From the IMG/VR virus record IMGVR_UViG_3300025121_000027, positions 32,001 through 96,000 of that record: 64,000 nt of DNA; one strand, 5' to 3'. Positions 11,087 through 20,982 of this stretch are shown in pieces. The DNA is from a virus. The stretch's first letter is position 1. Each line of letters opens with the position of its first letter. The notes beneath the pieces are model-generated. The model saw only the letters and a program-made list of their open reading frames with translations, ran no database searches and had not been told where the DNA came from. The translations under genes were made by a program, and so were the position numbers.

Positions 11087-11163
11087 CATTAACAGTTAAC
11101 ACATGTTAACTGAACTGTTAAAAACATTAACACATGTTAACCAATCAAATTAACACATTAACA
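11087..11163. repeat. clustered TTAAC(A) repeats and palindromes upstream of terS
   Basis: TTAACACATGTTAAC twice, plus further TTAAC units. Confidence 0.75.
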
Positions 11164-11196
11164 GAAGTATAAAACAATCATAAAATACTAATAACC

Positions 11197-11997
11197 ATGC
11201 GAAAAAGAAGAGACATTCCAATTATAAAACCTGCCGATGCTCCTAAGGGAAGAGGTAGGCCAAGCAAGAAGCCCAAAGTAAAGAAGAGTTATCTATATAA
11301 ACCACCAGAAGCACGAGACTTATCCGATTTACAGATGCGATTCTGTGAAGAGTACATAGTAGATTTAAATGGTGTACAAGCGGCAATACGATCCGGCTAT
11401 AGTCCATCAAGCGCAGGCATAACAGCAAGCAAACTTTTAGCAAATACTTCTATCATTAGATATGTACAACATCTTAAGATAGAACGCGCCAAAAAATTAG
11501 AAGTCTCCCAGGATAGAATAGTACAAGAGTTAGCAAGAATAGCTTACAGCGACCATAGAACATTTTATGATAAAGAAGGTTGGCCGATACCGATAGAGCT
11601 ATTGACAGACGATCAGCAAGCATCGGTAAGGGACATTCAGTGGGGAGAAGAAGTCCAGAAAGATAGAACTGGCGAAACAATAAAAGATCAAAATAACCAA
11701 GATAAGATTTTTAGATATGTAAAGAAGTATGCTTTTTATAATAGAGTAGATGCGCTGAGAATGCTCGGGCACCATTTGGGAATGTCTCTTGATAAACCAT
11801 CGGAAAGATTTACTGGAAAAGATAAACCGCAGCAAGAGATAACATTCGAACATTTACTTAGAAGATTGGATGCAGCGAAGTTGGAACAATTAACACAATG
11901 GTTAGTATCTGCCGCGCAGCCAATTAAAAGTGCTCATCCTGTAGATAAAGAAGATATTCCAGAATGGCCGGATGAAACCCTTGGCGGTATGCAATGA
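11197..11997 (+). CDS. terS: terminase small subunit
   Basis: FCEEYIVDLNGVQAAIRSGYS...ELARIAYSD...ALRMLGHHLGM Terminase_2-type signature; position before terL. Confidence 0.9.
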   Translation: MRKRRDIPIIKPADAPKGRGRPSKKPKVKKSYLYKPPEARDLSDLQMRFCEEYIVDLNGVQAAIRSGYSPSSAGITASKLLANTSIIRYVQHLKIERAKKLEVSQDRIVQELARIAYSDHRTFYDKEGWPIPIELLTDDQQASVRDIQWGEEVQKDRTGETIKDQNNQDKIFRYVKKYAFYNRVDALRMLGHHLGMSLDKPSERFTGKDKPQQEITFEHLLRRLDAAKLEQLTQWLVSAAQPIKSAHPVDKEDIPEWPDETLGGMQ

Positions 11998-12364
11998 CAA
12001 AATGCCCAAGATGCAATGGTGAAGTTTTTAAGGTAATCTATTATGGATTGCCTTTTTCTTTATGCAAAGAAGAAGATTGCAGTTGTTTGTTTGGTTTCTT
12101 TGATTTCATTGCAAGATATCTTCCTTTTAATGGATGGTTTTATGCATATGAAGGAAGTTATCTGATTGCTTTAATATGTTGGTTGTTTGGGATGGAAACT
12201 GGAAAAGACGAATGAAAAAGAAATTCTTTATTGCATTTATCTTTATGCTATTTGTTTTTATAAGTATTGGCTTGAAGTGTTTTATCTTTTCCAATAGTTC
12301 TACTGGAATGATTGCGGATGATAGTAGTCATGTAATAGACAGTAGAGAGTATGGAAAGTAATTA

Positions 12365-13270
12365 ATGTTTAATGCTTTTGACATATCCAGCTATACACCA
12401 AGACAGCTAATGGATTCAATTCCACCGAATCCTATTCCGATAGCCGAAAGAATACTGGCAGAAAAATCATTAAAGCATTTTGTAATGCAAGCCTGGCATA
12501 TACTTGAGCCGAGAAGCCCTTTGATTTGGAATTGGCATCTTGATGCAATCTGCCAACACTTAGAAGCAGTAACAAACACCTATCTTATTAAATCAGGAAT
12601 AGCTGGAAGAGAAATAGACAACCATTTCTATGAAGCAAATTATTCCATTCCTTCTATAAACTACTTATGGATAAATATGCCGCCGAGACATGGTAAGAGT
12701 TTGCTTGTTTCTGTCTTCTGGCCATGTTGGGAGTGGGGTCCGAAAAACCTTCCAGACTTACGATATCTTTTCATCTCATATGCACAGCCACTATCTACCA
12801 GAGACAATTTAAAACGAAGAAGATTGATAGAGTCCAATTGGTATAGAGAAAGATGGGGAGAGCGTTTTCATCTTACTACAGATCAGAATGCAAAAACTCG
12901 CTTCGATAATGACAGAACAGGAGTAATGATTGCAACTTCTATCTCTGGTCTTGGAACGGGCGAAGGCGGGCAACGCGTTTGTCTACCATATAACCAGAAG
13001 ATAGATACAGAAATTGGTAGGGTCGAGATCGGAAAGATCGTCAAAGAAAAATTAGAAATCAAAGTTGTTAGTTTTAATCATAAGACAAATAAAACAGAAC
13101 TTTCTAAAATAGAAAAGTATTTTGAAAATGAAGGCCGAGATATTTTTGAGATAGAACTTGAAGACGGCACGACATTTCGATGTACTGAAGATCATCCTGT
13201 ATATGTTAATGGTAAAGGGTATATTCAAGCAAGAGAATTAACAGAAGAAGATGAGGTGGTCTGCTTATAA
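12365..13270 (+). CDS. terL: terminase large subunit N-part fused to split-intein N-fragment
   Basis: INMPPRHGKS Walker A; intein block A CLPYNQKI starts at 12980, block B CTEDHPVY. Confidence 0.9.
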   Translation: MFNAFDISSYTPRQLMDSIPPNPIPIAERILAEKSLKHFVMQAWHILEPRSPLIWNWHLDAICQHLEAVTNTYLIKSGIAGREIDNHFYEANYSIPSINYLWINMPPRHGKSLLVSVFWPCWEWGPKNLPDLRYLFISYAQPLSTRDNLKRRRLIESNWYRERWGERFHLTTDQNAKTRFDNDRTGVMIATSISGLGTGEGGQRVCLPYNQKIDTEIGRVEIGKIVKEKLEIKVVSFNHKTNKTELSKIEKYFENEGRDIFEIELEDGTTFRCTEDHPVYVNGKGYIQARELTEEDEVVCL

Positions 13271-14280
13271 TGGGTTGTTTATATCAAATAACTTCTCCAT
13301 CTGGTAAGTCTTATATAGGCATTACTAATTTTACCGCTCAAGAAAGATGGTCTCAGCATGTAGGCGAAGCATTAGGGTCAAGGTCTAAAAGAGCAATTTC
13401 TAATGCTATAAGAAAATATAGCTCTGATTTGTTTGATGTTAAAACACTTCTTATTGCAAATGATGCGGCTTATTTAAAGTTGATGGAAGTTAAAGTAATT
13501 GCGGCATTTAAAACGCATACACCTAATGGTTATAATATGACTGCTGGCGGAGATGGTGTTGTTGATTTAGATAGCGAGACTTTTAAAAATCTTCTTGAAA
13601 AACGCTTAAAAACTATAAGGTCGAAAGTATATAGAAAGAAAAATTCAGAAACTCAAAAGGCGCTTTGGACAGAAGAAAAAAGACAAGAAAGATCAAGAGT
13701 TGTTTCTGAATTGTGGGAAGATGAAAATTATCGCAATCATATGTCTGAAGTTCACAAAGGATGGCATTATTCTAAAAGAGAAAGAGAAAAAGCGTCTATA
13801 CGTTCTAAAAAACGCTGGAGTAATCCGGAGTATGTCAAAAGACATAAACTTATGATGAAGAAACTTTGGCAAGATGATGAATTTAAAAAGAAAATGGCTG
13901 AAGCCACAACCGATGAAGTAAAAAAGAAGATAGGTGTTGCTTCAAGAAAGATGTGGTCTGATCCAGAGTTTCATGCAAAAAGAAGTAAGCAAATGAAAGA
14001 GTATTTTAATTTGCCAGAAGTTAAAGAAAAAATAGCTGAAAAAACAAGACAACAAATGGCTGATCCAGAAGCAAGAAAAAAGATTGGTGAAGCCATGTGT
14101 AAGCATCGAGGTTATATCTTTTCAAAAGGTATTAAACCAAAAAATCCGAGAAGCGTGTTTTATAAAATTTGGGACAAGATAGAAAGTAAGATAACATTCG
14201 CAGAGCTTTATCGTTTTGATATTGAAAGCCGTAGAATATCAGAAGCTGTTGATCGTGGCTATTTGGTGATTGTTAAATAA
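13270..14280 (+). CDS. free-standing GIY-YIG homing endonuclease between the terL halves
   Basis: CLYQITSPSGKSYIG, NGYNMTAGGDG, repeated basic W-containing helical DNA-binding units. Confidence 0.85.
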   Translation: MGCLYQITSPSGKSYIGITNFTAQERWSQHVGEALGSRSKRAISNAIRKYSSDLFDVKTLLIANDAAYLKLMEVKVIAAFKTHTPNGYNMTAGGDGVVDLDSETFKNLLEKRLKTIRSKVYRKKNSETQKALWTEEKRQERSRVVSELWEDENYRNHMSEVHKGWHYSKREREKASIRSKKRWSNPEYVKRHKLMMKKLWQDDEFKKKMAEATTDEVKKKIGVASRKMWSDPEFHAKRSKQMKEYFNLPEVKEKIAEKTRQQMADPEARKKIGEAMCKHRGYIFSKGIKPKNPRSVFYKIWDKIESKITFAELYRFDIESRRISEAVDRGYLVIVK

Positions 14281-15389
14281 TGAAGATTAAGAAGATAAAA
14301 AGTATTAGACGAATCAGAAAAGACTCTGCTACTTATAATATTCAAGTAGCAGATAACTATAATTATTTTGCCAATGGTGTACTTGTTCATAATTGTATTG
14401 ATGACGCCCATAACGTGCTTGAAGTAGAATCAGAGCCAAAAAGACAAAAAGTATTAGCTGTCTGGGACGATACTCTTTCAACTCGTGTCAATGATGTAGA
14501 AGTCGGTGCTTATGTCGGCGTCATGCAAAGAACACATTCAAAAGATTTAACTGGTCATATTTTAGAAAAGAGAAAAGATGGGCAGATAGACAATCTTGTG
14601 CATGTATGTCTTCCTGCAAGATACGAAAAGAATCATCCGCACCCTTCTGATACTCCATTAAACTTTACAGACCCAAGAACAGTAGAAGGCGAGCCTTTAG
14701 ATAAAGGAAGACATCCAGAAGATAGTCTAAAGCAATTAGAGGGAAAACTTACTGCCTGGGGTAAGGCTGGTCAGTTACAGCAAAGACCAAGGCCAAAAGG
14801 TGGTCAGATTGTTCAAGCAGGAAAAATTAAGATAGTAGATAACTATAATCATAGATTAGTAAAGAAGATGGTGCGTTACTGGGACAAAGCTGCCTCTGAG
14901 GATAAAAGTGCTTCTCACTCAGTAGGTCTTCTGATGGCATCTATGAGAGATGAATGTATTGACTACGGCTTTATTGTTCTGGATGTTGTCTACGGCCAAT
15001 GGACTTCTGGCGAGCGTGATGTAAGAATGCGTCAAACTGCTCAGATGGATGGAATAGAAGTTGAACATGTAGTAGAGCAAGAAGGTGGCTCCGGCGGTAA
15101 AGAATCAGCACAAAACTCCATAAGAAAAGTATTTCTTGGTTATAAGTGTTCAGCAGATCACCCATCAGGCGCAAAAGATGTAAGACTTGAGCCGTTCGCT
15201 GGCCAAGTAGAAAACAACAATATTGCTATGTTATCTGCTCCTTGGAATAAAAAATATGTGGAAGCATTAGAAGAGTGCTCTGTTGGTTCCGTAACAGACT
15301 TTGGGGATGGTTCTTCTGGTGCTTTTAACTGGCTTAATGGTTTAACTGGTAAGGGAAAGTCTAAAGTAAGAATAGGAGTTGTAGGATAA
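14280..15389 (+). CDS. terL: split-intein C-fragment (38 aa) fused to terminase large subunit C-part
   Basis: YNIQVADNYNYFANGVLVHN/C (blocks F/G); extein begins CIDD (Walker B), then VMQRTH, RYWDKAA, EQEGGSGGK nuclease domain. Confidence 0.9.
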   Translation: MKIKKIKSIRRIRKDSATYNIQVADNYNYFANGVLVHNCIDDAHNVLEVESEPKRQKVLAVWDDTLSTRVNDVEVGAYVGVMQRTHSKDLTGHILEKRKDGQIDNLVHVCLPARYEKNHPHPSDTPLNFTDPRTVEGEPLDKGRHPEDSLKQLEGKLTAWGKAGQLQQRPRPKGGQIVQAGKIKIVDNYNHRLVKKMVRYWDKAASEDKSASHSVGLLMASMRDECIDYGFIVLDVVYGQWTSGERDVRMRQTAQMDGIEVEHVVEQEGGSGGKESAQNSIRKVFLGYKCSADHPSGAKDVRLEPFAGQVENNNIAMLSAPWNKKYVEALEECSVGSVTDFGDGSSGAFNWLNGLTGKGKSKVRIGVVG

Positions 15390-16024
15390 ATGAGTACTTT
15401 TGATGTGGACTTGAGAACAATCAATCCGCAAACAGGAGACATAATAGTTCTACAATTAGACGTGGATAACATTCCTTATTTTGATTTAGACGATTTTATG
15501 GAAATGCAAGATAAGTTGAAAGAAGCATTTCCAAGGAACAAAATAATACTATTGGCTAAAAGCGATAATTTTTTGGTCTGTAAGAATAAGAAAGAAGTTC
15601 AAGAGATATTAAACGAGTTGTCATAAACATTGGATAGTTTGGATAGACAAGTGAATGGGTGCTACAGAACGCAAAGAGAAATAGAAGAAGGCATTTGCAC
15701 TTGTCTACAATACGAGCAAGCAACAGGAAGATGTTTATCAAAGATAGATACAGTATCAAAAATAGATGGTCAGTCAACTTGCCCAAGAAACCCGTTGGCG
15801 ATACCTTATAAAGAGTGGGAAAAAAGAAAATGAATCTTTTCTTTAATCCATTAAAAGCTTTCAGAAGATGCAAAGAACTTGAATGCAGGATTGCAAGAAA
15901 AGAAGAAATGTCCAGACTTTGCGAAGAGAAAGCAAAACTTCTTAAAAACGGAATAAGATGCGATCAAGAGCAGCTTGATAAATTAAGAATTAAAATAGCC
16001 AAGAAAACTAAAAGGAAATAAGCA

Positions 16025-16402
16025 ATGGCATTTACTCCAACATATCTTCCTAATAGCAGAAGCAAGTTTTTTCAGTTCTTTGCTACTGGTAACACAACGA
16101 TGGTTGAAGCATTAAATCTTGGTAAAGCATTTGAACTTGCCGATATTAGATTGATTCTTTCTGCTGCTCATCCTTCTGTAACTTATTTCACCGCTAATTT
16201 ATCTGCTGGTCAAGGTAGTGCTTATAACGTCGTGCTTGCTTCTTTTCTTGCAAGTACTCTAACCAATGTAACAGATAGAGTATGGACACCTTCTGCTGAT
16301 AAAATATTATATCAACATAATGATACTATTCAATTTTCCATGCTTAACAGCGTTGGTGCGATTTGGGGGTTAGTTGTAACTGGTTGGGCAGTACAGGATT
16401 AA
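16025..16402 (+). CDS. putative virion structural protein
   Basis: beta-rich 125-aa ORF in the late operon. Confidence 0.4.
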   Translation: MAFTPTYLPNSRSKFFQFFATGNTTMVEALNLGKAFELADIRLILSAAHPSVTYFTANLSAGQGSAYNVVLASFLASTLTNVTDRVWTPSADKILYQHNDTIQFSMLNSVGAIWGLVVTGWAVQD

Positions 16403-16408
16403 TACTTA

Positions 16409-18220
16409 ATGGCAGATATCATTCTATCACAAGAAGGCGAAGTAATACCTTCCAACGAAGGCGATACGGTATTCGATTATTCTGAATATACCTTATCTGC
16501 TGAAGCTGGTAGTATTACTCTTGCTGGTACTGCTGCTGATGTAGTTAAAAACTATGCTGTTTCCGCCGATGCAGGAAGTATTGCTTTAACTGGTACAGAT
16601 GTAGGATTAATTTCCGTATTTATAATTACAGCTGAAGCAAGTAGTATTGCCTTAACTGGTGCAGATGCAACATTAACAAAACAAATACCAATCGATGCTG
16701 AAGCTGGTGCTATATTTTTAACTGGTACCGACATCGATTTAACCGCTACTCGTTTAATTGATATTGAATCTGGAAGTATATCTTTAACAGGAACAGATGC
16801 CTCTCTTGAACGTCATCGAATATTTGACGCTGATTCATCTTCTATATCTATAACGGGTACTGCCGCCGATTTAGTTAAAAACTATGCTGTTGTTGCTGAA
16901 GTTGGAAGTATTGTCTTAACTGGTACAGACATTGATCTAACTGCTACTCGTTTAATCAGCGCGGAATCATCTTCTATATCTATTACTGGTACGGACGCAG
17001 CACTAACAAGACAAATACCAGTCGATGCTGAAGCAAGTAGTATTGTTTTAACTGGTGCGGATGCAACATTTATTTATTTATATCAAATTCAAGCCGACGC
17101 TGGTTTATATTCTACATCTGGCCAAGATGCCTCTTTAGTTAAAAACTATGTTGTAGTAGCTGAAGCTGGAAGCATTTTAATAACTGGCATAGATGCTACC
17201 TTATCAAAGTCCGCTACTGAAAGCGGAGAAGTTGTTTGGGACACTCAAGGGGATAGAATCCCGTCAGATGATGGCGATAGAGTATTCGATGGAATAGATG
17301 CTCCAGATAGCTATGCTGTTTCCGCCGATGCTGGAAGTATTGCTTTAACTGGTACAGATGCTACTTTAACAAAAACAAAGACAATTTCCGCAGAATCATC
17401 CTCTTTTATTATTTCTGGTACAGATGCTTCTCTACAAAGACATATAGTATTTGCCGCCGAAGCTGCATCTGTATCTATTACAGGCACAGATGCTACACTT
17501 ATAAGAAACCGTTCTGTTGCCGCTAATGCTACAAGCTTTATTGTTTCCTCTATTGGCGCAACTTTACAGAAAACGACTATATTTGATTGTGATAGCGCTC
17601 AAATTTCGCTTTCAGGAGAAGACGCTGCTCTTATACGCGCCTTTGTTCAATCGGCAGAATTTGGCTCGATTTCATTATCAGGTAATAATGTTGATTTATT
17701 AAAGTCTCTTTCTCTGTCTGCTAATGCAGGAAGTATCTTAATATCTGGCAAGGCCGCTGATTTATCTCAGCTTGCCGCTTTAAGTATTTCTGCTGATTCT
17801 GGAAGTATTGCTCTAACTGGTACTGATGCAAGTTTAGATTTTACTTTAAGAGTTCTTCAAGCAGAGCCAAGCAATATATCTATTATTGGTAAAGATGTAG
17901 AATTAACAAGAGCACTAACTGTTCAATCCGATCCTGCATCTTATTCTATTGTTGGCAGCGATACCCCTCTTACCAGAGGAAGATATATTGCGGCTAATGT
18001 TGGCAACATATTTTCTTCCGGCAAAGATGTTGATTTTATAAGAAGTTATGTTTTTGATGCAGAATTAGGACAATATGTTTTAACAGGAAGTAGTGTTAGT
18101 TTGGATTTAGCAGTAGTTATGTTACCTCACGGGTTGGCAAGTCTTTCTGTTTCTGCAAAGCTACCAGTAATATCGGCAGAAGCAAGAAGACCTGGAATAA
18201 CAGCGACATTGAATTTATAA
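16409..18220 (+). CDS. Ser/Thr/Ala-rich tandem-repeat protein (~23 x 22 aa), putative fibre/scaffold
   Basis: repeat unit like VSADAGSIALTGTDATLTK; DNA-level repeats visible. Confidence 0.7.
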   Translation: MADIILSQEGEVIPSNEGDTVFDYSEYTLSAEAGSITLAGTAADVVKNYAVSADAGSIALTGTDVGLISVFIITAEASSIALTGADATLTKQIPIDAEAGAIFLTGTDIDLTATRLIDIESGSISLTGTDASLERHRIFDADSSSISITGTAADLVKNYAVVAEVGSIVLTGTDIDLTATRLISAESSSISITGTDAALTRQIPVDAEASSIVLTGADATFIYLYQIQADAGLYSTSGQDASLVKNYVVVAEAGSILITGIDATLSKSATESGEVVWDTQGDRIPSDDGDRVFDGIDAPDSYAVSADAGSIALTGTDATLTKTKTISAESSSFIISGTDASLQRHIVFAAEAASVSITGTDATLIRNRSVAANATSFIVSSIGATLQKTTIFDCDSAQISLSGEDAALIRAFVQSAEFGSISLSGNNVDLLKSLSLSANAGSILISGKAADLSQLAALSISADSGSIALTGTDASLDFTLRVLQAEPSNISIIGKDVELTRALTVQSDPASYSIVGSDTPLTRGRYIAANVGNIFSSGKDVDFIRSYVFDAELGQYVLTGSSVSLDLAVVMLPHGLASLSVSAKLPVISAEARRPGITATLNL

Positions 18221-18238
18221 CGAAAGGATTTAAAGAAG

Positions 18239-18667
18239 ATGGCATCATTTAATAAATTTCAGGATTTCGCAGAGCAGTTGGCAAAAGGTATTCATCAGCT
18301 TCATGCTGCTGGTCATACTCTTAAGGTCTACTTGAGTAATGCTGCACCGTCTGCTTCTGCCGATGCGGTTAAAGTTGATCTTGCAGAAATTACCATGACT
18401 AATGAAACAACTCATGGTGCTGGTGGTGGAGATATTCAAAATGACTACACCGAGACTGCTGGCGTTGGGACTTTGACTGGTACTGATGTTACTTTTCTTG
18501 CTACCGGCGCTCTTGGCCCATTTAGATATGTAGTACTTTATAACGATACCCCTACCGATCCTGCTGATCCTTTGATTGGCTGGTGGGATTATGGTAGTGA
18601 AATCACTCTAAACGCTGGCGAATCTTTTACTGTAAACTTTGGCGCATCTATTCTTACGATAGAGTAA
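18239..18667 (+). CDS. putative virion fibre/structural subunit
   Basis: MASFNKFQDF..., RYVVLYND, LIGWWDYG..ITLNAGESFTVNF, a pattern typical of small phage fibre proteins. Confidence 0.55.
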   Translation: MASFNKFQDFAEQLAKGIHQLHAAGHTLKVYLSNAAPSASADAVKVDLAEITMTNETTHGAGGGDIQNDYTETAGVGTLTGTDVTFLATGALGPFRYVVLYNDTPTDPADPLIGWWDYGSEITLNAGESFTVNFGASILTIE

Positions 18668-18680
18668 TAGGTAAATAATA

Positions 18681-19031
18681 ATGATATCTATCTCTGAAAC
18701 AGCAAAAGAAAACAGTACTATTATATTTGATGTTTCTTTTACAGATGAAGATGATGCAGATGTAACGCCAGAAAGCATTGCATGGACTCTTGTTGATTCT
18801 CAAGACAATGTTATAAATAGTAGAGATGGTGTTTCTGTATCTGTACCAGCGCCGACTGTTTCAATAGTACTTACTGGAGACGATTTACAAATACAGACTT
18901 CAGAAAGATATCAGAAGAAGGTTTATAGATATCTTATAGTCGAAGCAATTTATAATAGCGACGCTGGAGATGGTTTATCTATTACAGAATCTATCAGATT
19001 TAAAGTTGAGAACTTGATCCATCTTGTTTAG
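18681..19031 (+). CDS. putative structural adaptor protein
   Basis: acidic beta-rich 116-aa ORF in the late operon. Confidence 0.35.
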   Translation: MISISETAKENSTIIFDVSFTDEDDADVTPESIAWTLVDSQDNVINSRDGVSVSVPAPTVSIVLTGDDLQIQTSERYQKKVYRYLIVEAIYNSDAGDGLSITESIRFKVENLIHLV

Positions 19032-19044
19032 AGGAAAACATATT

Positions 19045-20196
19045 ATGAAGAAAATGTTTTTTCTTATTTTAGCGTGTTTTGCGCTAATGCTGAATACAAG
19101 TACCCTTTTTGCTGCCGCGCGTCCTGACGGCAAAAAGACTATGTATTTAGCTACTGCTTTATCAGGCGGTGCTTCTGGCGCATTAGATGCTTTTGATATT
19201 ACTGGAGCTGGCACTCCAAATACTTATGATTTGGTAGATGGCGACACTTGTATTGTTACTACTTTAAGTAGTACTACTGGTACTTCTTATAGTTATGTTT
19301 TTGATGTTGATGGGACAGATGCAGAATCTTCTCCATCTATAATTAGGCCAGACGATTATGATACTGCTGGTGTGTGGCGTCTTGCAGTAGTATCAATGGA
19401 GTCTTTAGCTCTCGTTCCTTCTACTTCTCCAGGCTTTGATCTTTATGATTCTGATAATCCGGGTACAGATAAATGGACAGCATCATTTGAAGCAGCCTAT
19501 GTGGATGGAGCAGACGGAGCAGAAAATAGCGATATTTTGATTTATATCAATCAGGGCGGTACAAAAACGCTTGTTCTCCAGTTTGATGAATCAGATGATC
19601 AATGGGAGACTTCTAAAGCGATTAACTCTTCTGGTGGGTTTGTAGGGGCTTTAACTGGGAATGCTTCTACGGCTACGGCAGCAGCTTCTCAAGCAATCAC
19701 GGATAATGCTATCATCACGGCAGATGCGGCAGATATAGCAGATAATGACTATGCCAAGTTCACAGCAAATGGTGTAGAGGGCCGATCTTATTCCGAAGTA
19801 CTTTCAGACATCGGAGCGGCGGCAACTGCACACACTACGCAGTACTCGGCAACTCCTGTAGTCGATGACGCCGATAACTTTGATGATAACTTCACCAGTG
19901 ATAATCTCTACGGCGGGACTTTCATCGCTAACGCTGCCGGAACCATTATACTTCCCGATCCCGCCGTTGGCATGAATTTCACAATAGTACTGGAAACGAC
20001 CGGCGCAGTAATCGTTGACCCGCTCGACACCGGAACCGCCGACACAATCGTAATGAACGGGCTTGCTGCTGCCGCTGATGAAAACATCACGGCGGGCGCT
20101 ACGGGTGCATTAGGGGATATGTGTGTCTTCCAATACAGAGCCGCAAATAGTTGGATGGCGACTTGTACCGGATGGGCTGAAGCTACACCTCCGTAA
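19045..20196 (+). CDS. signal-peptide-bearing fibre-like protein
   Basis: likely start MKKMFFLILACFALMLNTSTLFA; FVGALTGNASTAT fibre-like segment. Confidence 0.55.
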   Translation: MKKMFFLILACFALMLNTSTLFAAARPDGKKTMYLATALSGGASGALDAFDITGAGTPNTYDLVDGDTCIVTTLSSTTGTSYSYVFDVDGTDAESSPSIIRPDDYDTAGVWRLAVVSMESLALVPSTSPGFDLYDSDNPGTDKWTASFEAAYVDGADGAENSDILIYINQGGTKTLVLQFDESDDQWETSKAINSSGGFVGALTGNASTATAAASQAITDNAIITADAADIADNDYAKFTANGVEGRSYSEVLSDIGAAATAHTTQYSATPVVDDADNFDDNFTSDNLYGGTFIANAAGTIILPDPAVGMNFTIVLETTGAVIVDPLDTGTADTIVMNGLAAAADENITAGATGALGDMCVFQYRAANSWMATCTGWAEATPP

Positions 20197-20208
20197 TAAG
20201 GGGATTAT

Positions 20209-20982
20209 ATGAAAAGAATAACATCAGTAGTTTTAATACTTCTGGCTTTCGCGGCTCTGGCTTATGGCGGGTTGCTGCAAGAACGGCAGGCGGCTGTGGT
20301 TGCGGCGCGGTCGGTGCCGGTGGCTTCCAGTTATACTGATGTTCTATTCCATTGGGGCGCTGAGAACACCATGGACGCAGATAAGGGTAGTGTCACCGGC
20401 ACAAATAACGGCGCTGTTTTTGATTCGACAACCTACAAAGTTGGGTCTTATTCCATCGAGCGCGATGGTAATAATGATAATGTTGTTTTTGCTATATCTA
20501 CTTCGCACTTAGAAAAGGAGGGCGGGCAGATAGGGTTTTGGTGGTACAACGGCAACGGCTATCAGGCAGCCTCCCTTAATCGCATCCTGACGATTGTAGA
20601 CACAGGCGGTGACGATTCAATTGTTTTGAAAGTGCATTCCAGCGGCGGGCTTTCGCTTTATTGGGACTCGCAAGCCGCATCTTCGGACGCAGCAGAATAT
20701 ACAGCCGCCGCCCTATCGACATCAACATGGTATTACATCGTGCTTTTTTGGCATCAAGGCGATGCTGGAAATGATCTAATCCTGACAATCTATGATGAGG
20801 CGGGGTCGGTGGCTGGATCGGCTACCGATGCGAATATCACCGCCTTTACTGATGATCCGAGCACACTGACAATTTTTACTGCAACATCCGACGCTCACCG
20901 ATCCAATGTAGACAACTTCATAATTTCAAACGACGAAACCAGGGATATGTTGGCGGTGCGTGATGTTACGAATTTTAATTAA
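20209..20982 (+). CDS. signal-peptide-bearing LamG/concanavalin-like protein
   Basis: hydrophobic N-terminus; STWYYIVL and NVDNFIIS, typical of LamG-like domains. Confidence 0.55.
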   Translation: MKRITSVVLILLAFAALAYGGLLQERQAAVVAARSVPVASSYTDVLFHWGAENTMDADKGSVTGTNNGAVFDSTTYKVGSYSIERDGNNDNVVFAISTSHLEKEGGQIGFWWYNGNGYQAASLNRILTIVDTGGDDSIVLKVHSSGGLSLYWDSQAASSDAAEYTAAALSTSTWYYIVLFWHQGDAGNDLILTIYDEAGSVAGSATDANITAFTDDPSTLTIFTATSDAHRSNVDNFIISNDETRDMLAVRDVTNFN

